64,000 bases of DNA from Macrostomum hystrix. Taxonomy: Eukaryota > Animalia > Platyhelminthes. The DNA lies in contig CATNEN010000001.1 in the NCBI GenBank assembly GCA_950097015.1, forward strand, positions 10,106,001 to 10,170,000, written 5' to 3'. A program made the translations under genes and the position numbers. The number at the start of each line of letters is the position of its first letter. Position 1 is the stretch's first letter. The notes beneath the pieces are model-generated. The model was not told the DNA's origin. It did no database searches and saw only the letters and a program-made list of their open reading frames with translations. Shown one piece after another: positions 20,891-32,602 of the stretch.

Positions 20891-23800
20891 TGGCAGATAG
20901 GCGAACAAAGGAAAAGGAAATGAGGAGAGAGAAAGAGGGATTGGGGCCCTGGCTAGCCTCGCTTCTAGCCTTGGCTACTGACAACTGCTTGCGCGCACTT
21001 AAGTTTGGGACATAGAAGTGTAGGTTTTAACTTAGCGCTCGTTCTGCAACCCTATAGCGAACTGTTACACTATAGGTACGGCGGGGTCAGTACTACTGCG
21101 GGCTCGCGCCTGCGGCAGCCTATCACCCTACCTTAGAAAGTACACGACTCACTTAGGATGCCCAGAAAAGAGACAGTCCCCGGTGCTCGGCGAGTCATCG
21201 ATTCCCAGCTGCATTGCTGGGGGCTCCCCTCGCTCGGTTAGAAGGCCATAGGGACATTGCCCGGACCCTCGTTTAGACCACCCCTCAAAGAATCTCCTAG
21301 GAAACCGTGCCGACCGAATTCTAGCCCATGCTTAAAGTAGGCAGCTTCGAGAGGCGGGCACGGGTGCTGCTAGGCTCCCACAAAGTCCCACCTCCCTAAC
21401 TGTTCCCCACCTAAGTTAGACTTGGTCAAAGCTACGTGGCACTTTCAGAATCAGATACATGTAAGCAGGCCCTGCATGCTGCCCAAGAGAACCAATCCCC
21501 GGTGCTCGGCGAGTCATCGATTCCCGGCTGCATTGCCGGGGGCTCCCCTCGCTCGGTTAGAAGGACATAGGGCATTGCCCGGTCCCTCGTTAAGAATGGC
21601 CCCTTCCAGAATAGTCACGCGGGCAACCCCACAGACAGTCCCTGACTCCTGCAGCAGCCACATAACCCGAAGACACTCTAGCATGAAGTCCGCTCACACA
21701 GCCTACTCATAGAAGAAAGTCACTAATCAAAATTTTTAAAATTCCAACAAAAACTAAATTAAATTGAAATCAAATTGCAACTGTCCGGAAATTAATTGAC
21801 AGTCACTAGAACTGAGATTCACTATTTAGAGATAAGATTTAGGCATACGGAAAATGAAACCTAGAAGGGGCCCTTTCGGCCAGCTACCACAGAAATCTGC
21901 GGCGCTAAACTAACAATTGAAATTCAAGTTCGTTTCGCGCCCTTTCTAGATCCCACCCCGGTGCCACCATTTGAAATGGGTGGGTGTTTTGCAAGCCGAT
22001 GACCGCCCTGGTGAAAGATAGGAGTGTGGAGAAAAGATGATAGAGTCGAAGGTCGATCGCGTAGCTGCCCGCGAGTTGTCGCGGAGAGGGATGAGACGAA
22101 GGGAGGTATGAAGGGAGAGATGAAGGGGGAGATGAGGCGGTACAAAGGATGCAGGGAGTGGTCCTATTGGCCTCAGGCTGGCCAGTGCCACTCGTCCCAT
22201 AGGCCACAGGCATGACTGACGTTCCTACCCCTAGCAATGCTCGAAACCGGCTAAAAGTCTAAAGTGAGGTGTCGGACTATCCGTAATCGGTTAGGACAGG
22301 GCTAGAGAGCCTACTGTCGTCAGTAGCATGCAAATAACTGACTCCTAAACTTGGTAGCGGTGGTCGAAACGGCCCAGGCTCTTGTCACAGAAATGCGGAA
22401 AGGCTATTGGCAAAGCGGAAAATGATCTCGGGTAGCGCCACCACCCAATGCGCCTACGTTGCCACCGCAGACATTTGGGAACTTGGGTCCCCGGAGTACA
22501 CAGCTCCCAGTTCATCACACAGATCTAGACAAGCCGAAAAATAGGGCATTCTGCAACTTCCGTTTTAGACTGGGGTGAGAGCCCCAGAATGGATCGAGAC
22601 ACGCCTCAACAGGGGATTCCTGAATTCGCGCTACAGGGGTCTAGAAAGGTGGTACTAGTAACTCGAATGAAAATCCATAGCCAGAATCCTACTCATGAAA
22701 CATCAGACACATTCCGTACATTAGACTGCAGCCTACACATTAAGTAACTAACAAATCCGAATCTGTGTGAGATGAGGAAATCAGAGGCTGGAGAGATTAA
22801 GCAGAACACTGGCTGAGTGATTATGCAAGCGATGATTATTAGATCACACCTCTCGCTCCCATGGCCGCGGTTACGAGAGGCGGGGAATAGAAGGAGAATT
22901 CAATTGGCAAAGGAGTTTGACGCGCACACTGGAATCCGCCAGTGAGTGAGGAAAGCCGGCCAAGGAATTCCCCGCCCCTAGGCAGCAATGCACACGCTAC
23001 ATTCCGCATTTTACTCGCAAATCCCTAGCTCCTTATTACTCTCATGCGCGCCTACAGTTGTCTTCCTGCCGCAGCTTTCAGCTCGGCATCACCAGAGCCC
23101 ACCCCCTGAGAGTTTAGCCACTGATCTCTGAGGGCTGTCTAACAGATAAAATAAACATGGAGAATAAAGCAGAGAGGATTTAAATCGTTATTAAAGATTG
23201 GCCTATGATCAATAGATTTGGCGATGGTTGTGCTAATTTATTAAGCCAAAAGTCCTAGTGCCCTTGTCCCACTAAAGTGCCGCCTAGTTAAAGAAAAGTC
23301 CCTTAGGATTAACAATTACAAAACCGCTGCGCGGGTTACTTATCAGAGCGCCGGCTGGCCGCGTGCTGCAGTCCCGTCGTTCTCGGGGGAAGGGCAGGGC
23401 AAAAATAGCAGGCGGAGAAAGGATAAACTAAAATGAGCTGGCAGGGGCCAACACACCGGTGGAGCTCTAAGGCTCAATTTGAGGGCTCACCTAAAGAGGT
23501 GGCTTGCGCTACTAATGGATGGGGAGCAGGCAATGAGCCTGTGAGCGCTTGTCTGAGCTTATAGCTCTAGGGTCTGAGCCCTAAGTGGAGGGATTGGATT
23601 CGGAGTAAGTCTTGGGTCCGGAGGTGAGTTTCCCGAAGGAAAACGGGTCCGGTCCAGCAGGGGGGGTAAAGGTGGTGGTCCGGGTCCTAGAGGGAGCGGC
23701 GCAGCGCGCTTGCTTAAATAGTCCTGCAGCACGCCAACCTCGACATTCATCAAAATAACCCACATTCGCGCCAGCCTGTCATCGAGGAAGCGAAGCGGCG

Positions 23801-24336
23801 ATGGCCACCCCGATTACCCAATGAACCAGCGGCGAGAAACGACAGATGCTCCTTCACGAGCAGCCGCCGACAGTCGGCCAATAATTGTTACTCCGCCAGG
23901 ACAATGGGAAGCGCAGGCGCCGACCTGCCTATAGTGACATTTACATGTATCTAAGAGAGGAGGTCATAAAGTCGGGCTGGGCTCGAATACTGTAAAGAAG
24001 TGGGGACATGAAGAATTAATGATCACTCATAATGCCCGAGTGATTCCCAATATCACCTTGCCCGAGTGATCGCGGTTTGGAGGGGAATTATGACCTAGAA
24101 TACTCATACAATAAAAGCTATGGCCGCGATCAGTCATTCCTACAGGGGTCTAGACAGATCCAGGGAAAAGGGATTCGACGGCTACTTAATTCACCGCCGC
24201 CCAAAACCCGGCCCTAAGATTAATGATCTTGTTTGTGGCCAGCTGCTAGGTGGGTCGCGATTATTGATTGCCTAAAAATTTGAAAAATTCCGCTGGCTCG
24301 CATTCCCACTCGATTCCCGCAGCACACTCCACATCA
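20891..24336 (-). mobile_element. Truncated LTR element: 5' LTR (21972-24336), PBS and ~1 kb leader, inserted in Helitron 1
   Basis: LTR copy 2 on the minus strand; left boundary approximate; no TSD found; ~100-bp direct repeat at ~21180 and ~21500. Confidence 0.8.
21950..21969 (-). other. Primer-binding site, tRNA-Leu-like
   Basis: TTCA|A TGGTGGCACCGGGGTGGGAT immediately after the LTR; resembles the tRNA-Leu PBS TGGTGGCAGCGGTGGGAT with a small bulge. Confidence 0.7.
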
Positions 24337-27300
24337 GGGTACTGTTTGAATTTTGATGCTTCCGTCCTGTGCTTCTGCTTGAATTAGATGATTATTAGAT
24401 AAAAATGTATAATCGATTAAATTGTAAATGGATTTACAATTAGTAATATGATGAATATTCATTAGTTTAGACTTGTTATATACAAATTCCCATATTTCAG
24501 GCCTGGTAATGATGAGCTGGCGACACCGGCTGTGGTGCTACCTTTTGGTAGCTTGCGCATTATCCCAATTCCTGGGGATGGGAACTGCTTTTTTCATGCA
24601 GTGTGACCAGTTGCTGGGCACTCCGCTTGAGACCGATGCGGCCTCCCTAAGGCATGAGCTGACATGCCGTGCAGTGCAGGTAATGCCAGAACTGGTTGAA
24701 GCAGGCTTTGTTTTCTCTGAAAATGCTGATGCCATTATTAATGCGTCTTTTGCTGAGGGCACAGATGTGCCTGGTGAAATTGTTCCACTTTTAAGCCGCT
24801 GTTTCAATATTGACCTTGTCATCTATCAAGCAAATGGCAGCGTACTGCAGCACTGCGTGTCTTCTGTGCAACCACCCATTGCAGTTGTGCGCATTCTTTT
24901 GCGCCATGAGCACTATGAGTCACTACGAATTGCTAACCCACTGCCAGTGCCTGAGCCCATTGCAGATGCAGAGTTGCCAAGAGCAGAGCAGACTGCAGGA
25001 CATGCTGATGAAGAGCCTGCTCAAATGGGGTAATGCCTATAGGCTATAATAATTGGCACGATGCAGGGGTACGATAAGTTAAAAGATCACCGCTTATGTA
25101 TCGTTCAAACTGTCTTCATTCACAGGCCCAACAGGATGGCGAGGCCAGAGGCGCCGGCCCATGACTGCGGCCCAATGGACAGGGCATGTGATCAATGCAG
25201 TGCTCTGGTCTGGCGCATGGAGACCAGGGATTTCTGCTGCGCCAAAGGCAAAGTGAAGCTGCCCACCCGGACTGTGCCTCAGGTCCTGGCTGATCTGTAC
25301 GTGGGGCGGCACAGCATGAGTGCAGAGTTCCTGGCCAACATCAGGAGCTACAATTGTGCACTGCACCTGACATCGCTAGGTGCGAAAGTGCGGTTGGTGC
25401 TAGGCTGGAGCCTCAGCTTCATCATCAGTGGTGAGTTGTATCACAACATGGTGGCTCTGTTTCCAGCAGGTTCAGATCTGCCACAGGGCTGGCAGGTGTA
25501 TTTTACTGACAATCAAATTGAAAGTCGCATGATTCTCTCTCAGAAGGTGAGGCCCGAGCTACTGAAGCTGTTGCAGGCTCTGCTTCAGGAGTGCAACAGC
25601 TATGTGCGCAGCTTGAAGGCTGCAGCCCAGCGGATTGAAGAGGATCCGAGACTGGTGCATGCGCGAATTGTGATTCATCCAGACCGGCGACCTTCTGGTG
25701 AACACATTCGATGAGTGGGGTTAAAGATTTTGCCCATTGGCTTATTATGGATTTTTCTTGATGCAAGCGACAAGTTGATAGGCTGTCTTTATTTTTACAG
25801 ATTTTAACTACATACCCATGTTTTTGCATTTCCCATTCTGAACCAGGCGCTACAATCTGCCGACTGCTAACGAGGTCGGCATCCTGATTGTCGAGGACGA
25901 TGAGAATGCGCCGACTAGCCGTGATGTGGTGATCCAATTGCGGGGTGGCGGTGTCAGGCGTATCAGTAACAGGCACCGCTCATATGACCCTGTAGAGTAT
26001 GTGCTGCTGTTCCCGAATGGCGAGGACGGCTGGCACCCGGAGCTCCTCATGAGCAATGGCGGCAAGCTGACGCCCATGAAGTTCTATGCGAGCGAAATCA
26101 TGGTGCGGCCGGGCCAGCTGAGTCTGCTGCACTATGGCCGCAGGCTGTTCCAGCAGTACCTGGTGGACATGTGCGCCAAGATTGAGTCAGAGAGGCTGCT
26201 CTATCTGCGGACCCATCAGAGCGACCTGCGCAGTGAGACGTACAGCGGTCTGCGAGACGCTCTATTCGCTGCTGATGGCAGGTCGACCGACACAAATCCG
26301 ACAGATATTGGCAAGCCTGCGCACGTGTTACTGTCCTCCAGCTTCGTTGGCGGGCCAAGGTACCTGATGGAGAGGCTTCAAGACGCAATGACCTGTGTGC
26401 ACAAGTTCGGTAAGCCGGACCTGTTTGTCACGGCCACGAGCAACCCGAAGTGGCCAGAGATCAGTGCACAGCTGCTGCCTGGACAGCGGCCCGAAGACAG
26501 GCCGGACATTGTCACGCGAGTGTTTGAGCTGAAGAAGAAGGCTTTGCTGGCCGAGCTCAGAAAGCGCTTTGGCAAGGAGGCCGCTCACGTGTGCTCTCTG
26601 GAGTACCAGTTTAAAATGTGATGAAATATGTTTATAGTTTTTTACAGCTGCTTTATGTTCTCAAATACCCAGGTCTCCCCCATGTGCACTCTCTGATCTG
26701 GCTTGTGAACGGACACCGAGTGACTCCGGACCGCTACGATGCGATCGTGTCCGCGGAGATCCCCGACCCAGAGCAGCAGCCGGTGCTGTACGAGCTGGTG
26801 AAGACGCACATGATCCATGGACCGTGTGGCAAGGAGAACCCAGCCTGCGCCTGCATGGAGAATGGCGTGTGCAGCAAGGGCTTCCCGAAGGAGTTCCAGC
26901 AGGTGACTCTGACCAGTGAGACTGGATATCCGCTGTATCGGAGGCGCTCTCCAGAGATGGGTGGCTTTACAGTGGACAAACTGTTCAAAGGTCGCAGCAT
27001 TCGAATGGACAACAGGTGAGTTACGATGCCATGTCACTCATGTATGCTGTTAATTAATGTTTAAAGATGAACCAATTTTTCTATACTTTCTGTGCTGATT
27101 TTACTATTCTGCCTTACTTGAACGTGCTTTCGTATATTATGCTGCTTAATTTTATCCTATGCCTTTACCCATCGCAGGTGGGTTGTGCCCTACAGCCCGG
27201 TCCTGTTGCTCCAGTTCGCATGCCACATGAACGTTGAAGTTTGTGCCACTGTGAAGTCGGTCAAGTACGTGATCAAGTACTTGCTGAAGGGCGGCGACAT

Positions 27301-29397
27301 GGCGACGTTCAAAGTCGACGCCAACAAAAGTTCGAGCGAGCCGAGCGTGCAGACTGCGGGGCCGGCTCAAAATGCTGCGGCGAATCAGGAGCCGCGAGAT
27401 GAGATCAAGGAGTACCTGTCTGCGCGCTACATTGGCCCAATGGAAGCCGTGAATACCATTTTCGGCTTGGAAGTAATTAATATTTCTATTTTGTTGGTTT
27501 ATGGAAAGCATAGCTGGAAATATTTAGCTCGCATATTACTTATTCGCTACATGAGCAGTTTGCTGAGATTCGTCATGTGAATAGCAATTAAAGATGACAC
27601 CTCATTTTTTTTAACTCCCCCAGGTGCACAACAGGTATCCGCCAGTCATTCGACTGTGCGTGCACAAGTCGGAGGAGCAGCTCGTGTATTTCAACGAGCA
27701 GACTGCGGGCGCCAGAGCAAAGGCACCGAAGGACTCGACGTTGACGGCCTTCTTCAAGCTGTGCCGCACCGACGAGTTTGCGGACGGCTTGTGGACGGCT
27801 CGGGCAGCCTTCACTTCCTGGATGCGCCCGCTGGGACTGGCAAGACCTTCCTGCTGGAGGTTCTGCTGGCCTTCGTGCGCAGTCGGGGTGAGGTGGCCCT
27901 TGCCGTTGCGGCGTCTGGAATCGCAGCGACCCTGCTGCCAGGCGGCCAGACGGCGCATTCCACGTGAGTTGCGATCTGACAGCAGAGTTTGAGTCCTCTG
28001 ATTCCATGCCTTCAGCATACTCACTGAACTCAATAATCCCACCAGATTCAAGATCCCAATTCGAGTGCTTCGCTCCAGCAAGGACGTTTGCTCTGTCGGA
28101 GCGCAGTCGAAGCAAGCCGCGGTGTTTCGGAGTGTCCGTCTAATCGTTTGGGACGAGATCTCCATGACGAACCGGCAAGACCTGGAAGCTGTGGACCGGT
28201 GTCTGCGAGACGTGCGCAAGCAAAATGTGCCATTCGGTGGAGTGGTTCTCGTGCGCGCTGGAGATTTCCGCCAGCTGCTGCCAGTCGTAGTGAACGGGAC
28301 CAGAGCCAACAATGTCCTGGCGTGCGTGAGCAGATCCCCGCTGTGGAAACTGTTCCAGCGGCATCGCTTGACAAAGAACATCCGACTGCAGAGCAGTTCC
28401 GACCCTGCATTGTACCAGAGGTACACGGAACTACTCATGCAGGTGAGTGTATGGTCCCTTGAATTGAATCATTGCTCCTTTAAATACAGCTCTCATTGCG
28501 ATAGTTGTGTCTATGGCATCAAATGCTTCAACCCTCCCAGATCGGATCCGGTAGGATCGAGCAGGATGCGGAGGAGAACGTTTGCCTTCCTGCTGAGATT
28601 CTCATTCCTGCTGAGGGTGCGCTGACTGACCTGATCAAGTTCGTGTACCCATCGTTTGAGGCGTCGGGCGAGAGAGACGGCTACTTTGTGAGCCGAGCCA
28701 TCCTGGCGCCGTACAATGACTCAGTTGATGTGATCAATGAGACGTACCTGGGTATGTTCCCTGGCAGCTTGCGTGAGTACCGATCGATTGACAGTATTGC
28801 TGATGATGATGCCGCAACTCACTTTCCTCCTGAACTGCTCAACCAACTGGATGCCCCAAACTTCCCCAAGCACTTGCTGAGGTTGAAAGTGGGCATGCCG
28901 GTGGTTCTGTTGCGCAATTTGAATCCCCCCCGTTTATGCACGAGGCTGATCGTACTCGCGATGGGCGACAATGTGCTGCGCTGCAGGATTGCCGCCGGCC
29001 AGTTCACGGGAGACGAGATCCTGCTGCCGCGAATCCCGTTGATTCCTAGCAATGCGGACTTGCCAGTCTGCTTTAAGCGGCTGCAGTTTCCGGTGAAGCC
29101 GAGCTTCTGCCTTACAATACACAAAGCACAAAGACAATCCCTCGAGACCGTCGGCGTCGACCTGGCTGTCGGCTGCTTCACGCATGGCCAGCTGTACACG
29201 GCGCTGTCACGAGCGAAGAATGCGGCCAATATCCGAGTCCGAGTGTCGGGGGCCAGGACAAGGAATGTCGTTTTCCCCGAGGTGCTCACTGGCGACTAGC
29301 CGGTTATTGAACCAGTCGTACGTGAGTTCATGACAGTGCTGTTAAGTGTCTGTGATGAATATGATGAATGAATGAATGATAAGTATCTGTGTTTAAT

Positions 29398-31720
29398 CAC
29401 CCGTGTTGACACGGTAGTCAGCCTAAGAAACGATTTCGGAGCATGCACGAGGAGCGCATCATAGGCTACTCGGCGCATGCTCCGTGTTCTAAGAGCATGC
29501 TCTTTCAGTTTAATTAGGCTCGATAGTCCAATTTAATAGGGAGGATCTACGCTACACTGCAGAAATAGACGCTTAGTATTAGTTATATAGCAAGTAGTTA
29601 TATAGCAATTAGCTATATATAAATGTATTTTTAGTAGTAGTATTTTAATTTGTACAGTATTTAAATGTGAGAATCTATTCTAAATGCCAAAAAGACTCTT
29701 GACAATTCAAGATAGAAGAGAAGCTCTCTACTGCATTATTGTAATCCTTTATGATATCTATTTAGTGGTCCAATGGTGCACAATAGAATCGATAATTGGC
29801 TTGAACAAAACTGTCAGTTAGTTAATAAAAAGGCTAGAACTAGTTTAGCTGCATGCCTGTATAGTATTATTTGAACTAAAATTGTATTTCTAGCTGTCTT
29901 AAATGGGCAAGTATTAATATTAGGCCTAATATTAGCTAGGCCTATTAGCTTTCTTTTTGGATTTAGGCCCAATTTAAATTGTTGATGTACCTGATCCCCT
30001 AAATTTATAATTACTTCTATGTATTGACTTGTAAATGAATAATTCAGCTAGCTTACTATCACATACTAGGCTTATAGCTATAGTCAAAGGCTTAAATAAA
30101 TAACCATAAATTATTCCAATGCCATTGCAATGTCTATATGCATAAGTAACCAAGGCTTTTACATATAATTTATTAAATATAAAATCAAATGTCCATAGCT
30201 CTATAATCTATATATACAGTCCATTTCATAAGCTAATATAGCCTGCCTGTCTAAGGCAATAAATAGGCAGGGGCTAGATAGTAGAGCTTGTAGTAGGCTA
30301 GCTGGTAGGGCTAGCTAGTAGGGGCAGGCTGGTAGGGGCTAGATGGTAGAGCTGTTAGGGGATAGCTAGTAGGGGCTAGATAGTAGAGCTGTTAGGGGAT
30401 AACTGGTAGTGGCTAGCATAGGCCTAGATAATAGAGTTAGGGGATAGCATAGTTGGTAAGGCTAGCTAGTAGGGGCAGGCTGGTAGGGGCTAGATGGTAG
30501 AGCTGTTAGGGGATAACTGGTAGTGGCTAGCATAGGCCTAGATAATAGAGTTAGGGAATAGCATAGTTGGTAGGGATAGCTAGTAGGGGCTAGATGGTAG
30601 AGCTGTTAGGGGATAGCTGGTAGCAGCTAGCATAGGCCTAGATAATAGAGTTAGGGGATAGCTGGTAGGGCTAGCTAGTAGGGGCAGGCTGGTAGGGGCT
30701 AGATGGTAGAGCTGTTAGGGGATAACTGGTAGCCTAGGGGCTAGATAGTAGAGCTGTTAGGGGATAGCTAGTAGGGGCTAGATAGTAGATCTGTTAGGGG
30801 ATAACTGGTAGTGGCTAGCATAGGCCTAGATAATAGAGTTAGGGGATAGCATAGTTGGTAAGGCTAGCTAGTAGGGGCAGGCTGGTAGGGGCTAGATGGT
30901 AGAGCTGTTAGGGGATAGCTGGTAGCAGCTAGCATAGGCCTAGATAATAGAGTTAGGGGATAGCTGGTAGGGCTAGCTAGTAGGGGCAGGCTGGTAGGGG
31001 CTAGATGGTAGAGCTGTTAGGGGATAACTGGTAGCCTAGGGGCTAGATAGTAGAGCTGTTAGGGGATAGCTAGTAGGGGCTAGATAGTAGAGCTGTTAGG
31101 GGATAACTGGTAGTGGCTAGCATAGGCCTAGATAATAGAGTTAGGGGATAGCATAGTTGGTAAGGCTAGCTAGTAGGGGCAGGCTGGTAGGGGCTAGATG
31201 GTAGAGCTGTTAGGGGATAACTGGTAGTGGCTAGCATAGGCCTAGATAATAGAGTTAGGGAATAGCATAGTTGGTAGGGCTAGCTAGTAGGGGCTAGATG
31301 GTAGAGCTGTTAGGGGATAGCTGGTAGCAGCTAGCATAGGCCTAGATAATAGAGTTAGGGGATAACTGGTAGGGCTAGCTAGCCAGTAGGGGCAGGCTGG
31401 TAGGGGCTAGATGGTAGAGCTGTTAGGGGATAACTGGTAGCCTAGGGGCTAGATAGTAGAGCTGTTAGGGGATAGCTAGTAGGGGCTAGATAGTAGAGCT
31501 GTTAGGGGATAACTGGTAGTGGCTAGCATAGGCCTAGATAATAGAGTTAGGGGATAGCATAGTTGGTAGGGCTAGCTAGTAGGGGCTAGATGGTAGAGCT
31601 GTTAGGGGATAACTGGTAGTGGCTAGCATAGGCCTAGATAATAGAGTTAGGGGATAGCTGGTAGGGCTAGCTAGTAGGGGCAGGCTGGTAGGGGCTAGAT
31701 GGTAGAGCTGTTAGGGGATA
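29398..31720 (+). repeat. Left TIR (unique ~870 bp, then TAG-rich satellite)
   Basis: Reverse complement of 43673-45995; rare array variants align at a constant coordinate sum of 75393 (AGATCT 30787/44606; AGCCAGTAG 31381/44012). Confidence 0.95.
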
Positions 31721-32430
31721 ACTGGTAGCCTAGGGGCTAGATAGTAGAGCTGTTAGGGGATAGCTAGTAGGGGCTAGATAGTAGAGCTGTTAGGGGATAA
31801 CTGGTAGTGGCTAGCATAGGCCTAGATAATAGAGTTAGGGGATAGCATAGTTGGTAAGGCTAGCTAGTAGGGGCAGGCTGGTAGGGGCTAGATGGTAGAG
31901 CTGTTAGGGGATAACTGGTAGTGGCTAGCATAGGCCTAGATAATAGAGTTAGGGAATAGCATAGTTGGTAGGGCTAGCTAGTAGGGGCTAGATGGTAGAG
32001 CTGTTAGGGGATAGCTGGTAGCAGCTAGCATAGGCCTAGATAATAGAGTTAGGGGATAGCTGGTAGGGCTAGCTAGTAGGGGCAGGCTGGTTGAGCTGGT
32101 TGGGCTGGTGCGGGCTAGCTTGTAGGGCTGGTATGGGCTAGCTTGTAGGGCTGGTGCGGGCTAGCTTGTAGGGCTGGTGCGGGCTAGCTTGTAGGGCTGG
32201 TGCGGGCTAGCTTGTAGGGCTGGTGCGGGCTAGCTTGTAGGGCTGGTGCGGGCTAGCTTGTAGGGCTGGTGCGGGCTAGCTTGTAGGGCTGGTGCGGGCT
32301 AGCTTGTAGGGCTGGTAGGGGCTAGCTTGTAGGGCTGGATGGTTGCTAGGACGGGGCTAGATAATAGAGCGGTTAGGAGATAGCTGGTAGGGCTAGCTGG
32401 TAGTGCTAGCTGGTGGCGCTAGCTGTTTCT
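30265..32430 (+). repeat. Complex G-rich TAG/TTAGGGG satellite, then 23-bp GGGCTGGTGCGGGCTAGCTTGTA tandem
   Basis: Directly visible. Confidence 0.95.
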
Positions 32431-32602
32431 GGCTGGATATGGGATACGGGAATGTGGAGGCAGGAGTAATTTAGTTCCTTACATTACCAATTACTATTAC
32501 TTACTAATTATTAAATACTATAAAATGATTTCGATAGTAATATTGATTGTCTATTTGAACGTTTATTTACATCACTTTACACTGCTTTTCAGATTAATTG
32601 CA

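Larger units (their letters stand above)
20573..29299 (+). pseudogene. Helitron RepHel (STPR-like repeats, OTU, Zn finger, HUH Rep, PIF1 helicase), multi-exon, disrupted
   Basis: FVTATSNP, GLPHVH, YVIKYLLKG, APAGTGKT, IVWDEISM, GDFRQLLP, HGQLYTALSR. Lesions: LTR insertion, OTU frameshift, lost EYQKRG donor at ~26610, ~0.7-kb deletion at ~27790. Confidence 0.9.
18420..29397 (+). mobile_element. Helitron copy 1 (decayed); continues beyond 45996 after the KDZ insertion
   Basis: A|TCCAACTATACTAAA 5' end with (GTCT)n; 19560-20030 highly similar to 57838-58320; RepHel gene. Confidence 0.8.

Noticed and set aside
29401-29426. Helitron 3' terminus (hairpin + CTAAG)
   Set aside because: It is the tip of the KDZ TIR, mirrored at 45995 and flanked by a TSD.
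30265-32090. True telomere or interstitial telomeric array
   Set aside because: TTAGGG words are dispersed in a complex unit inside TIRs, not a pure tandem array.
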